Numbered from the stretch's first letter, positions 27,215 to 40,993 are shown. The stretch is DNA of 64,000 nt from Octopus vulgaris (GCA_951406725.2 OX597827.1:6510001-6574000); one strand, 5' to 3'. The notes: generated from the sequence alone by a model not told the origin. Numbers and translations: made by a program.

Positions 27215-27679
27215 TAGATATATATCTATAGGTGTAAAAAGATTGAATGTAGATTTATCCTTTAATTTAGAGGTTTCCAGAAAAGATTTCTAATGCTGAT
27301 TCTTCATATTTTGCTCGTAGTTTACACCGTAAATTTGCGAAAATATGAAAGTAATACTTGTATATGGTGTGTGGTGAATTTATGGAAAGAAGTTCCACAA
27401 GACTCATCAATTTAGTTAAAAATGGAGAAGAAAAGCTGTTAAAATATATAAGAGAATTCTCTTTAACAACTTGTCTTCTCCATTTTTAACTAAATTGATG
27501 GTTTTTATGGAGTCTCTTTCCATAAATTCAACAGACATCATATACAAGTGTGTGTGTATATATATATATATGTGTGTATAGTTAATCCAAACATGAAAAC
27601 ACAAAGAGAAAACACAACGTGAGGACGTGAAACAAGTATAGTATTATTGGATGCTAAGGAAAGGAAGGAAAGAAGGGGG

Positions 27680-27714
27680 GTTTAACATTTCGAGCAGAGC
27701 TCTTCGTCAGAAAC
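27680..27714 (-). ncRNA. Minimal hammerhead motif within a short (TA)n-flanked element (~27580-27770)
   Basis: Minus strand GUUU-CUGACGA-AGAGC-UCU-GCUC-GAAA-UGUU-AAAC. Confidence 0.6.
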
Positions 27715-27768
27715 ATAGGAAAAGGAAAGATCCAAAGAAGGGAAGACGGAGGAAAAAAATCGCCAACG

Positions 27769-27799
<31 letters not shown>

Positions 27800-28248
27800 T
27801 AATTTAGGAGTGGCTGTGTAGTAAGTAGCTTGCTTACCAACCACATGGTTGTGGGTTCAGTCCCATTGCGTGGTACCTTGGGCAAGTGTCTTCTACTATG
27901 GCCTCGAGCCGACCAAAGCCTTGTGAGTGGATTTGGTAGACAGAAACTGAAAGAAGCCCGTCGTATATATGTATATATGTGTGTGTGTGTTTGTGTGTCT
28001 GTGTTTGTCCTCTCAACATTGCTTGACAACCAATCTTGGTGTTTTTATATCCCTGTAACTTAGAGGTTCAGCAAAAGAGACCGATAGAATAAGTACTAGG
28101 CTTACAAAAGAATAAGTCCTGGGGTCGATTTGCTCGACTAAAGGCGGTGCTCCAGGATGGCCACAGTCAAATGACTGAAACAAGTAAAAGAGTAAAAGAA
28201 TAAAAAAGTATATATATATATATATATATATCTTTTATAGTTTCCGTC

Positions 28249-28292
<44 letters not shown>

Positions 28293-29467
28293 TCTTTTAC
28301 TCTTTTACTTGTTTCAGTCATTTGACTGCGACCATGCTGGAGCACTGCCTTTAGTCGAGCAAATCGACCCCAGAACTTATTCTTTGTAAACCTAGTACTT
28401 ATTCTATCGGTCTCTTTTGCCGAACTGCTAAGTTACGGGGGACATACATATATATATATGTATATTTATATATGTATGTATATATGTTGGATTTCTGAAC
28501 AATTATTTCTATTTGCCAATACACAACAGCGAGATCTAACAGCCATGGAGCTGTGAAGTGAAATTCTGCACCTCACAGAGAAGCTTTAGGAAAGAAGCCT
28601 TGTTATATAGGAGAAAAAAAAAAACACACTCAATATCAACACTGGAGGCAGGGAGAGTAATGAGTAATACTTCAGTTGTTGGTTTATGTTTAAAGGTAGA
28701 GGAGTTTATGAGATTTGTAATGATTCATAAAATCTCATTGATCATAGGAAGAAATATATTTGTTTGCAAGTAGAGTAAATAGCTCTGTATTTCTTTTTTT
28801 GCTTTCATTTTTACAATCATTTTCTAGCCTCACACAAAAATGAAATCTCTAGAAACGAAAAGAATTTATGTGAAGTTAGACATCAGTTGTTTTACAGTTA
28901 GAATGTTAGAATTTATGCATTTCTTTTATCGCTAGACATGTAAGAAATATCATGGGATTTGCTTGCAGACACACAAACTCTGCTTATAGAAAGGAGACTT
29001 TAAATACATCCATGAACCGTAGTTCTGTATAGTTCTCTCTTGATGCAGGGCATTAATTCAACTGTGGCTATTAGGTACCTTTGATAGACATACTATCTAG
29101 CTATCCATTTATTTATTTGTTTCTTTGTTTATTTTTGCTTTTATTTGTTTGTTTATTTTTCTTTTATTTGTTTATTTATTTATGCCAATATGGTAATGAC
29201 TCTAAACTTAGAAAGTACACGTTTCTGTTGTTGGTATTCACAAATAGATAATTAATAATGATGATGATGATGGTGATGATGATAATAATATTAATAATTA
29301 TAATAATAATAACAATTATGATAAAAATAACAACATCAACAACAAGAACAACAACAAGAACAACAACAACAATAACAATAACAATAACAATAACAATAAT
29401 AATAATAATAATAATAATAGTAATGGTGATGCCGATGAGAATGATGATGATGATGAAGATTACAACT

Positions 29468-29505
<38 letters not shown>

Positions 29506-29519
29506 AATAAGGACCAATT

Positions 29520-30195
29520 CTATGACGTGACAAATGCAGAATGTGTGGTGAGAAGGGTAAAATGGTATGGTACAGTGTTAATGAATGCTCAAAATTGGCA
29601 CAATGTGAATATAAATGATGCCATGACAATGTGGCAAGAATGATCCAATGGGAGCTCTGTGGAAATCCCAGCCTACAAATAGCAAAGACGTGGTATGAGA
29701 AAACCCCAGAAGGAGTCACCAAAAAGGAGGATTGCAAAATACTGTGGGGTGTAATGATCCAGCGCGATCACCTGATCAGACATAGGAAACTAGACATTGT
29801 TGTAGTGAAGAAAAAAGGAAGAATGTGTATGATAATTGGCATAGCTTGCCCTGGTGACAACAGGATCAATGTGAAAGAAGAAATAATAAACAACTATGAC
29901 GATTTAAAGTGGGAAATAAGAAGGTTGTGGTCAATGAAGAGAGTAGACGTGATACCAATTGTAATTGGTGCATTTGGATGTATCAGCGCTCAACTACCAG
30001 CATGGTTGAGAAAGATTAGTGCAAGTGTGAAGGTAGAACCCCTACAAAAATCAGCATTGCTTGGAACTGCAAGAATTTTTTGCAGGGTTCTTGAAGCATG
30101 ACCAGTAAAACAAGGGTCACCTTAGTCTGCTGGCTGTGGACAGCAGACACTTTCTATTATACCCAGCAAAGTAAGCTGTAGAGATTTCATATTAT
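29520..30195 (+). mobile_element. 5'-truncated R4/Dong-like non-LTR retrotransposon (restriction-like endonuclease C-terminus)
   Basis: ORF 29631-30101 KILWGVMIQRDHLIRHRKLDIVVV...IACPGD...YDDLKWEIRRLW...VIPIVIGAFG, embedded in AAT/GAT microsatellites. A further 3' fragment at 30345-30595. Confidence 0.8.
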
Positions 30196-30239
30196 AATGA
30201 TGATGATGATGATGAGGAGGAGGAGGAGGAGGAGGAGGA

Positions 30240-30270
<31 letters not shown>

Positions 30271-31485
30271 AAGAAGAAGAAGAAGAAGAAGAAGAAGAAG
30301 AAGAAGAAGAAGAAGAAGAAGAAGAAGAAGAAGAAGAAGAAGAAGAAACCCTACACACCATCCAAGAAATAGCCCTGCTAGGAACTGCTTACATCCTAAG
30401 CAAGACACTATCAATTCAATAATACAACACAAACAAAACAATTCAGAAACACAAGACATGTTCTATATATCAAATATCCAATAAAATAAACAACCACTGC
30501 AGGCTGGAAAAACCCGATGCATTACACACACAACTCACAATACAAGGCATTGATAGAACAAAAGACTGCACCGGACCCCATAACAAAAGAAACTGATGCA
30601 GGAGTGGCTGTGTGGTAAGTAGCTTGCTAACCAACCACATGGTTCCGGGTTCAGTCCCACTGCGTGGCATCTTGGGCAAGTGTCTTCTGCTATAGCCCCG
30701 GGCCGACCAATGCCTTGTGAGTGGATTTGGTAGACGGAAACTGAAAGAAGCCTGTCGTATATATGTATACATATATGAGTGTGTGTGTGTATATTTGTGT
30801 GTCTGTGTTTGTCCCCCTAGCATTGCTTCACAACCGACGTTGGTGTGTTTACGTCCCCGTCACTTAGCGGTTCAGCAAAAGAGACCAATAGAATAAGTAC
30901 TGGGCTTACAAAGACTAAGTCCCGGGATCGATTTGCTCGACTAAAGGTGGTGCTCCAGCATGGCCACAGTCAAATGACTGAAACAAGTAAAAGAGTAAAA
31001 GAGAGTAATACAATATCGGAAAAAGATTGCACTACCTCATCAACAAAAAGGAGTGCACAGTGCTGGACACACACCAGTAACAAGAAGGTGTTGCAGGTGA
31101 TGCAGTAGAAATTTGCTTAAAACTACCAAACATTGAACAATAATAATAACAATGAGGATAATAATGATAATGATAATGATAACAATAATAATGGTTTCAA
31201 ATTTTGTCACAAGGGCAGCAGTTTTTTTTGGGGGTGGGTGGGGGGTGTGAGTCGATGTAATTGACACTGACAGGAAGAAAGACAAAGTCAACATTGGCAG
31301 GATTTGAACTCAGAACATAGCAACGAGCAGAATACTGTTAAGCACTTTGCCCAGCACGATAACGATTCAGCCAGCTCACCACCTTGATGATGATGATGAT
31401 GATGATAACGATGACGATGATGATGACAATGATGACGATAACGATGATGATGGCGATGATAATAATGATAATAATAATGAGGATG

Positions 31486-31539
<54 letters not shown>

Positions 31540-31542
31540 GTA

Positions 31543-31594
<52 letters not shown>

Positions 31595-31619
31595 TAATTA
31601 TAATAATAATAATAATAAT

Positions 31620-32165
31620 GAATGCCCTGATGCAGTATCAGGCAGTGGCTCTCATGGCTTTTTCATCTTAACTGATTGTACATCGTTTTGTCTTGGTATA
31701 AAAGATGGGCTACAGCAAATATTCTGCTCAATATAACAGATTTGCTTGTCAGTTGTTTGACCTTAACCGGTTATGCATGTCCCTTAGACGCTGACAATAT
31801 GTGCATCTCTGATCATGAGCAGAAATAGTGGAGGAGCATCACAGCCATGTGTTGAAAGGAATTCTTTAAGGTTTGGATAATTCACCTCTGGAAACATGGG
31901 TGTTTCATTCAACATCCTTAAATAACCCTTATTCAGGGACCTTTTGAGTAGGATGGGCTACTCGACCAGAAGAAAATTCTAACTGGACCCCACCTGCAAG
32001 ATCATGTGCTGTTTATCTTGATATGAGATCACCATGTCATGCACATATGGTTGTGATGCATGTGCCTAGAGTACCCTTATCAGACGGATGGTCATGATGG
32101 GCATACTGGGCTTCATATATTTTACCCCAGTGTCACTTTGATGGCATGCACTGCTCTCTCACTCA
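31620..32165. mobile_element. Unclassified element flanked on both sides by (AAT)n
   Basis: Complex ~545 bp sequence sandwiched in TAA repeats; probably a UTR portion of a TAA-targeting LINE. Confidence 0.4.
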
Positions 32166-32439
32166 ATAATAATAATAATAACAATAATAATAATAACAAT
32201 AATAATAATAATGATAATAATAATAATGATAATAACAATAATGATAATAATAAGAACAACGACAACAACAACAATAATAGAGATAGTAATTTTGCCGATA
32301 TTGATGCTACTATATGTTGTAGTCGTAATGATAATGATGGTGGTGTTGATGGTGGTGGTAATTGCTATAATAACAGTGAAAATATGTCAGGTCACTTTCA
32401 GTGATACTGATAACATGTAATTCTATACAACTTGTCACA

Positions 32440-34770
32440 CAGTCTGGTAACCCTACCAAGCACTTGCCTGGTAAGAAGAGTAATTAGGGAATGAAAAATC
32501 AGTTGTTAATTGATAATCTAATTATCAGAAACTGCAAGAGAAGACACACAAACCTGAGTATGGCATGGATTGACTATCATAAAGAATATGATATGATATG
32601 ATATCACACTCCTGGATAACAAGAACCATGGAAATGTAGGGAATAGCATAAAACATGAGAAGCCTTATATGGAACAGTATGAAATGTTGGAGAACTGAAA
32701 TGTCAGCAGGGAATTGGGTATCAGGAGAGGTGAAAATCAAGAGAGGAATCTTCCAGGGAGACAGTGTGTCCCCACTGATCTTTGTGATCTTTGCTTGCAG
32801 ACACACAAACTCTGCTTATAGAAAGGAGACTTTAAATACATTCATGAACCGTAGTTCTGTATAGTTCTCTCTTGATGCAGGGCATTAATTCAACTGTGGC
32901 TATTAGGTACCTTTGATAGACATACTATCTAGCTATTTTTCCATTTGTTTATTTGTTTACTTTTTTCTTTTATTTGTTTATTTATTTGTTTGTTTATTTT
33001 TCTTTTATTTGTTTTATTTATTTATGCCAATATGGTAATGACTTTAAACTTAGAAAGTACACGTTTTTGTTGTTGGTATTCACAAATAGATAATTAATAA
33101 TAATGATGATGGTGATGATGATAATAATAATAATAATTATAATTCATTAAGGTTCGGATAATTCACCTCTGGAAATGATCCTCTTGAGTGAAATAGTATT
33201 GAAGACAAAGTTGGGGTATGATCTGAAGAAGTAAGGGAAAACTGAACCACTTGCTATTTATGGATGACTTGAAGTTGTTGACAAAAAGTGAGGCAGAACT
33301 GGACAACCTGTCCAGTCTGTGTGGATTTTCTCAAATGATATCAAAATGGAGTTTGGACTCTCGAAAAGTGCAACAATGGTGATGAGACAAGAAAAGCTTG
33401 TCAGGACAGAAGGCATATATATGCCAAGTGGTGATGAAGGCAATTGAACCTGAATTCGGTTATAAATACCTGGGAATACTCGAGGCAGATGGAATTAAAC
33501 ACAACGATATGGAAGGAAAGACAAAGAAAGAGTACCTGCGGTGAGTGAGAAAAATATTGACTTAAAAGCTGAATGCCAGATATGTAATTTCAGCAATAAA
33601 CTCTCACACAGTCACAGAAGTTTGGTATGGCACTGGAATCCTGAAGTGGACAGAAAAGAAAAAGGAGATGGACAAGAAAACAAGCAAGATCCTAACGATG
33701 CAGGAAGCTCATCATCCACATTCGCACATGGATTGTCTGTCCATGAAGAGAGCAAAGGGACACCTGTAAGTGTGGAAGACTGTGTACGTATTGAGCTCAG
33801 GTGCATAATGAGATACCTATCTCAAAGTAAGGAAACTTGCTAGTGTCAGTTAGCAATGGGAGAGTATTGAAAGTAGAGAAAAAAGGGAAATCAAAGGAAG
33901 AAGTACATGAAGAAATATTACACAACAAGGAACTACACAATTAATTTCCTGTAGCCACACCTGAAGTTGCTGGAAAACAGGAGAAACTGGCTGAAGAAAA
34001 GAACACTAAAAAAGAAACTGGCAATACTGTACTGGAAGTGCAAGACCAAGCTTTGACCAAGAATTGGAAGGTCAACCTTAGAAATGAGCAAGTGTCTCTG
34101 CTGTGCCTCGTTTGTAATAGAATAAACAAAGCCATTGCCCATATCATGAATGAATGCCCTAGACTTTCCCAAAACTATGACAAGTTGTGGTTACATGATG
34201 AGGTAGTGAAAGTGCTACAATAGAAACTGTGTGAAAAGTGGGGGATAGAAAGAGGCAAAATGTGGTGTGAGCACAAACCGCAGGGAGTGGCAGAGTCAGA
34301 GACTTGCAAAATCCTCTGGGATTCCCCATTCCAAACAGATCAGATGCCAGAGCATAACTGACCTGACCTAGAGGTGGTCGACAAGATGAACTGCATGTGC
34401 ACTGTACTTGATGCTGTATGTTCCTTTGACCCACAAATGGACAAGATGCAAGATAAAAAATAGATAAATACAACCTTCGTAAGTACAAAATAGCCTGACT
34501 ATAGAAAGTGAAGAAGGTGAAAATAGTGCCAATTATTGTTGGTTCCTTGGGGACAGCATCAGAGGACATCAAGCGGAATATAAAGGAATTTGGATTAGAG
34601 AGTCTAGCAGAACTGTTACAAAAGGCTTGCCTCCTTGGTACGGCCAGAATAATGAGTAGAATATTAGATAGGTGAAAAGAACAAGTAGCATGGTACCATA
34701 GGCTGCAGGCAGAAAGCCCACTGAGCATGCAAAACTCCAAGAGTTCCGAAAAACCTGAGATAAAAAGAAA
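32440..34770 (+). mobile_element. Degenerate R4/Dong-like LINE (RT, CCHC, endonuclease) with frameshifts and an internal insertion
   Basis: KRGIFQGDSVSPLIFVI, LNHLLFMDDL, YKYLGI, CLVC..HIMNECP, KILWD, LQKACLLGTARI; ends in (TAA)n. Confidence 0.85.
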
Positions 34771-34969
34771 TAATAATAATAATAATGGTTTCATATTTTA
34801 GCACACGGCCAGCAAGTTCATGGTGGGGGCTATTTGACTGGTAATTACTTCATCAACCCCAAAAGGATAAAAGGCAAAGCTGACCTCAGTGAAATTTGAA
34901 CCCAGTACATAAGGACAGACAAAATGCTGCTGCCAGCTTGCCACCTTAGTAGTAGTAATATTAAGGATA

Positions 34970-35033
<64 letters not shown>

Positions 35034-35162
35034 TAATGATAATGATAATAGTCATTGTTGTTGTTATTTAATACATTTTATTTTGTCTTGTTCACAATGT
35101 CTCATTTCACTTTGAGTCTTTATTAGTTCCTTCTAAACATCAGATTATGACAGAGCATTTAA

Positions 35163-35384
35163 CCCTTTCGTTACCGTATTCATTTTGAGATGCTCTGTGT
35201 TTCTTTCAATTAATTGTAAATATAACAAAGAATTTAGTAAAATAAATTAGTTATCATTAAGCTAGTGTTAGGATCATAAATTGTGACTAAGGTTTGGTGG
35301 TATATTTTAATGAAAAACTTATGAAAACAAGACATTTATACTACAGAGCCAGAGCCGGTTTCAGCCGGGTTAGTATCAAAAGGG
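35163..35384. mobile_element. piggyBac-like MITE
   Basis: TTAA|CCCTTTCGTTACC...AAAGGG; homolog of 635-854. Confidence 0.75.
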
Positions 35385-35959
35385 TTTCGCAAACTCATCA
35401 GCCAAAACATTGAACAGTTTAGTATGGCAACGGAGCCAACACAGATTGTACCGGGGGCAGCATGAATTAGAAATTGAGACATTTAGAAAACTATTGTATC
35501 ACAGACTTATCCAAATGACACCAGAAATAATAAATTTGGAACTGAACATGGTAATGTTAGGGGAGTGTCAGGCGCAATGGCATCGACAACAACAACAACA
35601 ACAACTTACAAGTTTCTGGTCCACAATTTTAATATTTCATTCATCAAATCTTATTTAAATATAAATTTTTATGTACAGAAGCATGCAGCTTTGTTTCAAC
35701 ATGTGCCAAAATTCTTATCAGGCAGCGTCAGAAGGAATACCTAGTTAGGAATTAGACTTTATGGTTTGCAATCTAGTCACACATTTGTAATACTAACAAT
35801 ATGTCTCAAGGAAAATACACTGAAAGTATATTCTGCATACTAAGTATGACTACAACAGAGCTTCACATATTAAAGATATTTAACTGTCTCTTTTAACATC
35901 AGACAAGTTTGAGGATGAACAAATCATACAGCATTTAATTAAGTGTAATATCATTAATT

Positions 35960-37250
35960 GTGGAGGCCCGTGGCTTAGTGGTTAGGGTGTCAGAATCATG
36001 TTCGTAAGACTGTGGTTTCAATTCCTAGACCGGGCAATGCGTTGTGTTCTTGAGCAAAACACTTCATTTCACGTTGCTCCAGTCCACTCAGCTGGCAAAA
36101 ATGAGTAACGCTGCGATGGGCTGGCGTCCTGTCCAGCTGGGGGAACACATACGCCATGGAAACCGGGAAACTGGGCCCACGAGCCTGGATAGGCATTAAA
36201 AAGGGCGAATTTATTTATTTGTGGAGGCACATGGCTTAGTGGTTAGGGTGTCAGCATCATGTTCGTAAGACTGTGGTTTCAATTCCTAGACCGGGCAATG
36301 CGTTGTGTTCTTGAGCAAAACACTTCATTTCACGTTGCTCCAGTCCACTCAGCTGGCAAAAATGAGTAACGCTACGATGGGCTGGCGTCCTGTCCAGCTG
36401 GGGGAATACATACGCCATGGAAACCGGGAAACTGGGCCCACGAGCCTGGATAGGCATTAAAAAGGGCGAATTTATTTATTTGTGGAGGCACATGGCTTAG
36501 TGGTTAGGGAGTCAGAATCATGTTCGTAAGACTGTGGTTTCGATTCCTGGACCGGGCAATGCGTTGTGTTCTTGAGCAAAACACTTCATTTCATGTTGCT
36601 CCAGTCCACTCAGCTGGCAAAAATGAGTAACGCTGCGATGGACTGGCGTCCTGTCCAGCTGGGGAATACATACGCCATGGAAACTGGGAAACTAGGCCCA
36701 CGAGCCTGGATAGGCATTAAAAAGGGCGAATTTATTTATTTGTGGAGGCCCATGGCTTAGTGGTTAGTGTGTCAGCATCATGTTCGTAAGATTGTGGTTT
36801 TGATTCCTAGACCGGGCGATGCGTTGTGTTCTTGAGCAAAACACTTCATTTCACGTTGCTCCAGTCCACTCAGCTGGCAAAAATGAGTAACACTGCGATG
36901 GACTGGCGTCCTGTCCAGCTGGGGGAACACATACGCCATGGAAACTGGGAAACTGGGCCCACGAGCCTGGATAGGCATTAAAAAGGGCGAATTTATTTAT
37001 TTGTGGAGGCACATGGCTTAGTGGTTAGGGTGTCAGCATCATGTTCGTAAGATTGTGGTTTCGATTCCTAGACCGGGCAAGGCGTTGTGTTCTTGAGCAA
37101 AACACTTCATTTCATGTTGCCTCAGCCCACTCAGTTGGCAAAAATGAGTAACGCTATGATGGGCTGGCGTCCCATCCAGCTGGGGAACAAATACGCCATT
37201 GAAACAGGGAAACTGGGCCCATGAGCCCGGCTAGGCTTTAAAAAAGGGTG
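35960..37250 (+). repeat. Five-copy head-to-tail tandem array of SINE family C (period 260-261 bp)
   Basis: gtggagg heads at 35960, 36221, 36482, 36742, 37003. Confidence 0.92.
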
Positions 37251-38662
37251 AGGAAGGAATATTACTAATTAATCTAATAAAGAATTTGACCAGGTTATCT
37301 TTCAACAGTCACATTTTGAGCCATTATATTTCAAAGTTATAGAAAATAACTTCTCATCAAAAGCCATAAAAAAACCAACTTGGAGGTCTCTACTCTTTCA
37401 TTCATAAGCTTCGATTTGCAATTTTACTGTATTAATGTATATTTTTTTATCCAAGTAAGCAATTTGGTCCTAAAACCGACAAACTAATATTTCTGTTGAA
37501 ATTTTTTATGAAATTTGTTGCTAATGGGAGTAGAAGTGGCTGTGTGGTAAGTAGCTTGCTTATGAACCACATGATTCCTGATTCAGTCCCACTGTGTGGC
37601 ACCTTGGGTAAGTGTCTTCTACTATAGCCTCGGGCCGACCAAAGCCTTGTGAGTGGATTTGGTAGATGGAAACTGAAAGAAGCCTGTCATATATATGTAT
37701 GTATATATGAAAAATGAAAAAACTGTGCAATCTGCTGATTGGATACCCAGTAAGAAATAATTTGGTCTGTGATGACAGTCCAACTGGCATTGGCATGGAA
37801 AGTAAATGTAAAATGACGGTTTGGGATTTTGACTCAAGATCAGTAATTTTAGGGGAAGGCTGTTAAGTGATTTCATCAACACTGCTCAACTGGTATTTAT
37901 TTTATCAAACCCCGGAAGGACGAACAGCAAAGTTGACAATGATGGCATTTAATGTGAGAATATAAAGAGCCAGAATAAATGCCATTCAATATTTTTGTCT
38001 GATATACTAACGAATCTGCAGGCTTGACACCTTTCAGGTGATGATGTTTGTCAATCCATGAAATGAACAGAGAAAGCAGAAAGCACAGTGCAATTTAAAG
38101 TTAAAATCAAAAGCATACATGTGAACAGGTGAGGTACTTTGATGTTGAAAAGTTATTTCAAACAACACCTGAACATTAAATTCTCACACCAATCGGGAAG
38201 CAACATCAGAAATTCTAGAAGTTGCAGAAATTCTAGAAGATATAACATGTAATAAACAATATAAAGAGTGGGAAAATATTTTCACCAATGTATGGCAATG
38301 AGTGTTCTAGGCGTGGCTGCTTGATTAAGAAGCTCACTTTGGAACCATCTGGTTTTTAGTTCAGTCCTGCTGCATGACGTCTTGGACAGGTGTCTTCTAC
38401 CACAGTCCTGAGCCAACCAATGCCTTGAATGTGAATTTGGTAGATGGCAACCCAGTGGAAGCTCAGTGTGTGTGTGTGTGTGTGTGTGTGTTTGTCACCT
38501 GACTACCACCACTAGACAATCCCACTTCAAAGTGGTGTTGGTCGTTTATGCCCCCATAACTTTGTAGTTTGGCAAAAGCGACTGATAAGATTTAAGGACC
38601 AGAGTTAAAAATGACTGAAACAAATAAAAGATAAAAGATAGAAAAGTTAATTAATGACTTAC

Positions 38663-40993
38663 TCTGCCTTCTTTTAGAGTATGGTAATGTATTCCTGGAT
38701 CACTCCAGTTGTGATCTGACTGAAATCCCGGTAGAGACTGCCTTCTGCACATAACAGGCATTGTAACTGGTGAATCCGAGTGAGGTAGTTGTTTATGGAA
38801 ATATTCTATATGTTTGTTTGTATGGGGGTATTTCCTTGGTGAGTTCACCACTGTACTATAATGAATGTTCCTTTGGTCATTCCTTTTCACTATGCACAAT
38901 GTTATTGAGATGACAAGAACAAGAGATACTATCACAGCTGCCACAATAATTATAATAAATAGATTTATATTAATGCTGTTGTCTGGTGTTTTTGATGATG
39001 CTGTAAATGTTGTTAAAGTTTTATTGCTAACAGTTAGTTTCAAAGACAGTGTAGTTGTTGCTGATAAAACTGGTTTGCCTTTGTCTTTGACTGCTAATTC
39101 CAGATTATACGATCCAGCATCATTTTGGTTAACTGTACGAGAGAATGACAAAACTCCTGTGTAAGGGTTGACTTTAAATAACTTTTTAATATTGCCTCCG
39201 AGTATTTCATACTTGAGGAAAGCATTTACATGGCTGTCTCTGTCGGAGGCTCTTAGAACAGTGATTTCCTTGCTACTGCCTGGAAAATAGTTGAACTCTA
39301 CATTGAACAGGTTTCCACTGGGGAAGGTAAAATAGGGAGCATTGTCATTTACATCAACAATTTCAACAGTAATATTTGCTGTGCTTGTCAGTGAAGGGGT
39401 TCCATTGTCTTTTGCTAAAACTTTGAATCGATAAATGTCACACTGTTCTCTGTCTAGTGACTGGGTGGTTGATATAAATCCAAAATTAGAAATATGGAAA
39501 GGAAAGTTTCTATTTGTCTCACTTTTAAGATAATAATTAACTTCTCCGCCGGGCCCTAAATCAGGATCACTAACATTAACGAAGCCAATTGGAAAGCCTT
39601 TCTCTCCATTTTCGTATGTTATAAATGTAAATGAACTTTTGGTAAACTGTGGTGGTACATCATTAACATCTTCGATATAAACAGAAAATTGCTTTTCTGC
39701 CGTTAAAGGAGGAGACCCTTTATCTTGACATTTAATCTTAAAACTCATACTTGTTGTTGTCTCCCTGTCAACTTCCTTTTTCAGTCTTAATGAGTATCGG
39801 TTTTCTCCTGCATCTTCCAAATGAAAATAATCATGTTTTATGCCACACTCAACATCACCATTTTTCCCCTTGTCATTATCTCTAATTTTTACATATGCAA
39901 GGAAAGTATCCACCGGTTGTTTTTCTGAAATCGTTAATGTATTGTTTGATTGAGTAATAAAGGTAACTTCAATATAAGGTGCATTGTTCTCTTGATTAGT
40001 CACATACACCCAAACTATTGCATCTGAGCTCAAAGCAGGGCTACCTCCATCAGTGGCCTCAATATAAAGCTGGTAGCTTTTTTGTTTCATTTTAGAAATT
40101 TGTGTATTGAGGAAGATTTCTCCAGACTCTTCATTTAATTTAAAATGTGCCACAGCAGTTTCTAATGTTTTTGAGCTGAACCGATATGAAATTTTACTGT
40201 TCATACCAGAATCGGCATCTGTTGCAGAAACAGCTGCTATTGGCATGTTACTTCGCACTGTGTTTCCTATGGAAAAATTGTACTTTTTCTGCATAAAGAC
40301 AGGAGCATTATCGTTGAAATCTAAAACAACTATTTTGATTTTTAAAATACTTTCTTCTTCTGAAGATCTACTACCTTTGGCAATAACTTGGATCATATGT
40401 GTATTTTTAGTTTCCCGATCAAGTTGTTCATCCAACACTATTTTTAGTTGAGATGTTCCATCCACTTTCTTAGAAATATCTAAGGAAAATGGTGCATCAT
40501 CACCTTTATTTATTTCATATTTGATTTCAGAGTTTTGTATACTTATATCTTTATCCACAGCATTAAAGATAGGTTTTTTCATACCTTTACCAGCAGATTC
40601 AGAAAAAAGAAGGTTCACCTCCGACTTTGGAAATATGGGTTTATTGTCATCAATATCGTTTACAATTATCTTAATTTCTCTGACATTTTTTACAATGCCA
40701 CCACTTTTTATTGTAACATCAAGCATTCTGTAACATTCTGCATTGTAAGAACAGAGAGCTTCTGCATCTAGCTTTCGAAGTGTATACACTTTTCCACTCT
40801 GGGTGACACGGAATAAATTTTTGCTTTCTCCCTGAAGCATTTCAAAAACTATATTAGATTTGTCCTGCTGAGGAAGACTGTCTGCAATATCTCCTACAAA
40901 CGTTCCTGGAGGTTCTTCTTCATTTACATGGTAGCTTTCCATACAATTTGATTGTCTTAGGAGAAACAAGAATATACAAACTTGTACCCACAT
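38663..40993 (-). CDS. Protocadherin, large coding exon (signal peptide, EC1-EC6, TM, proximal cytoplasmic tail; 777 codons)
   Basis: ORF 38651-41158 has cadherin motifs (LDAE, LDRE, VDRE, DIDDNKP, DFNDNAP, DVNDVPP, DVNDNAP, AxDxD, DxGxP), an EC1 C-x5-C motif (LCSYNAEC) typical of protocadherins, and a TM segment (LFIIIIVAAVIVSLVLVISITLCIV). First ATG after a strong acceptor is 40993 (MWVQVCIFLFLL, signal-like). Donor AGA|GTAAGT at 38663/38662, phase 0. Confidence 0.95.

Noticed and set aside
35960-37250. CRISPR-like or tandem small-gene array (repeated 66-aa ORFs)
   Set aside because: Whole 261 bp units repeat without unique spacers; they are tRNA-derived SINEs and the ORFs are antisense by-products.
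38865-40771. Plus-strand ORFs antisense to the protocadherin exon
   Set aside because: Short shadow ORFs of the coding strand with no independent motifs.
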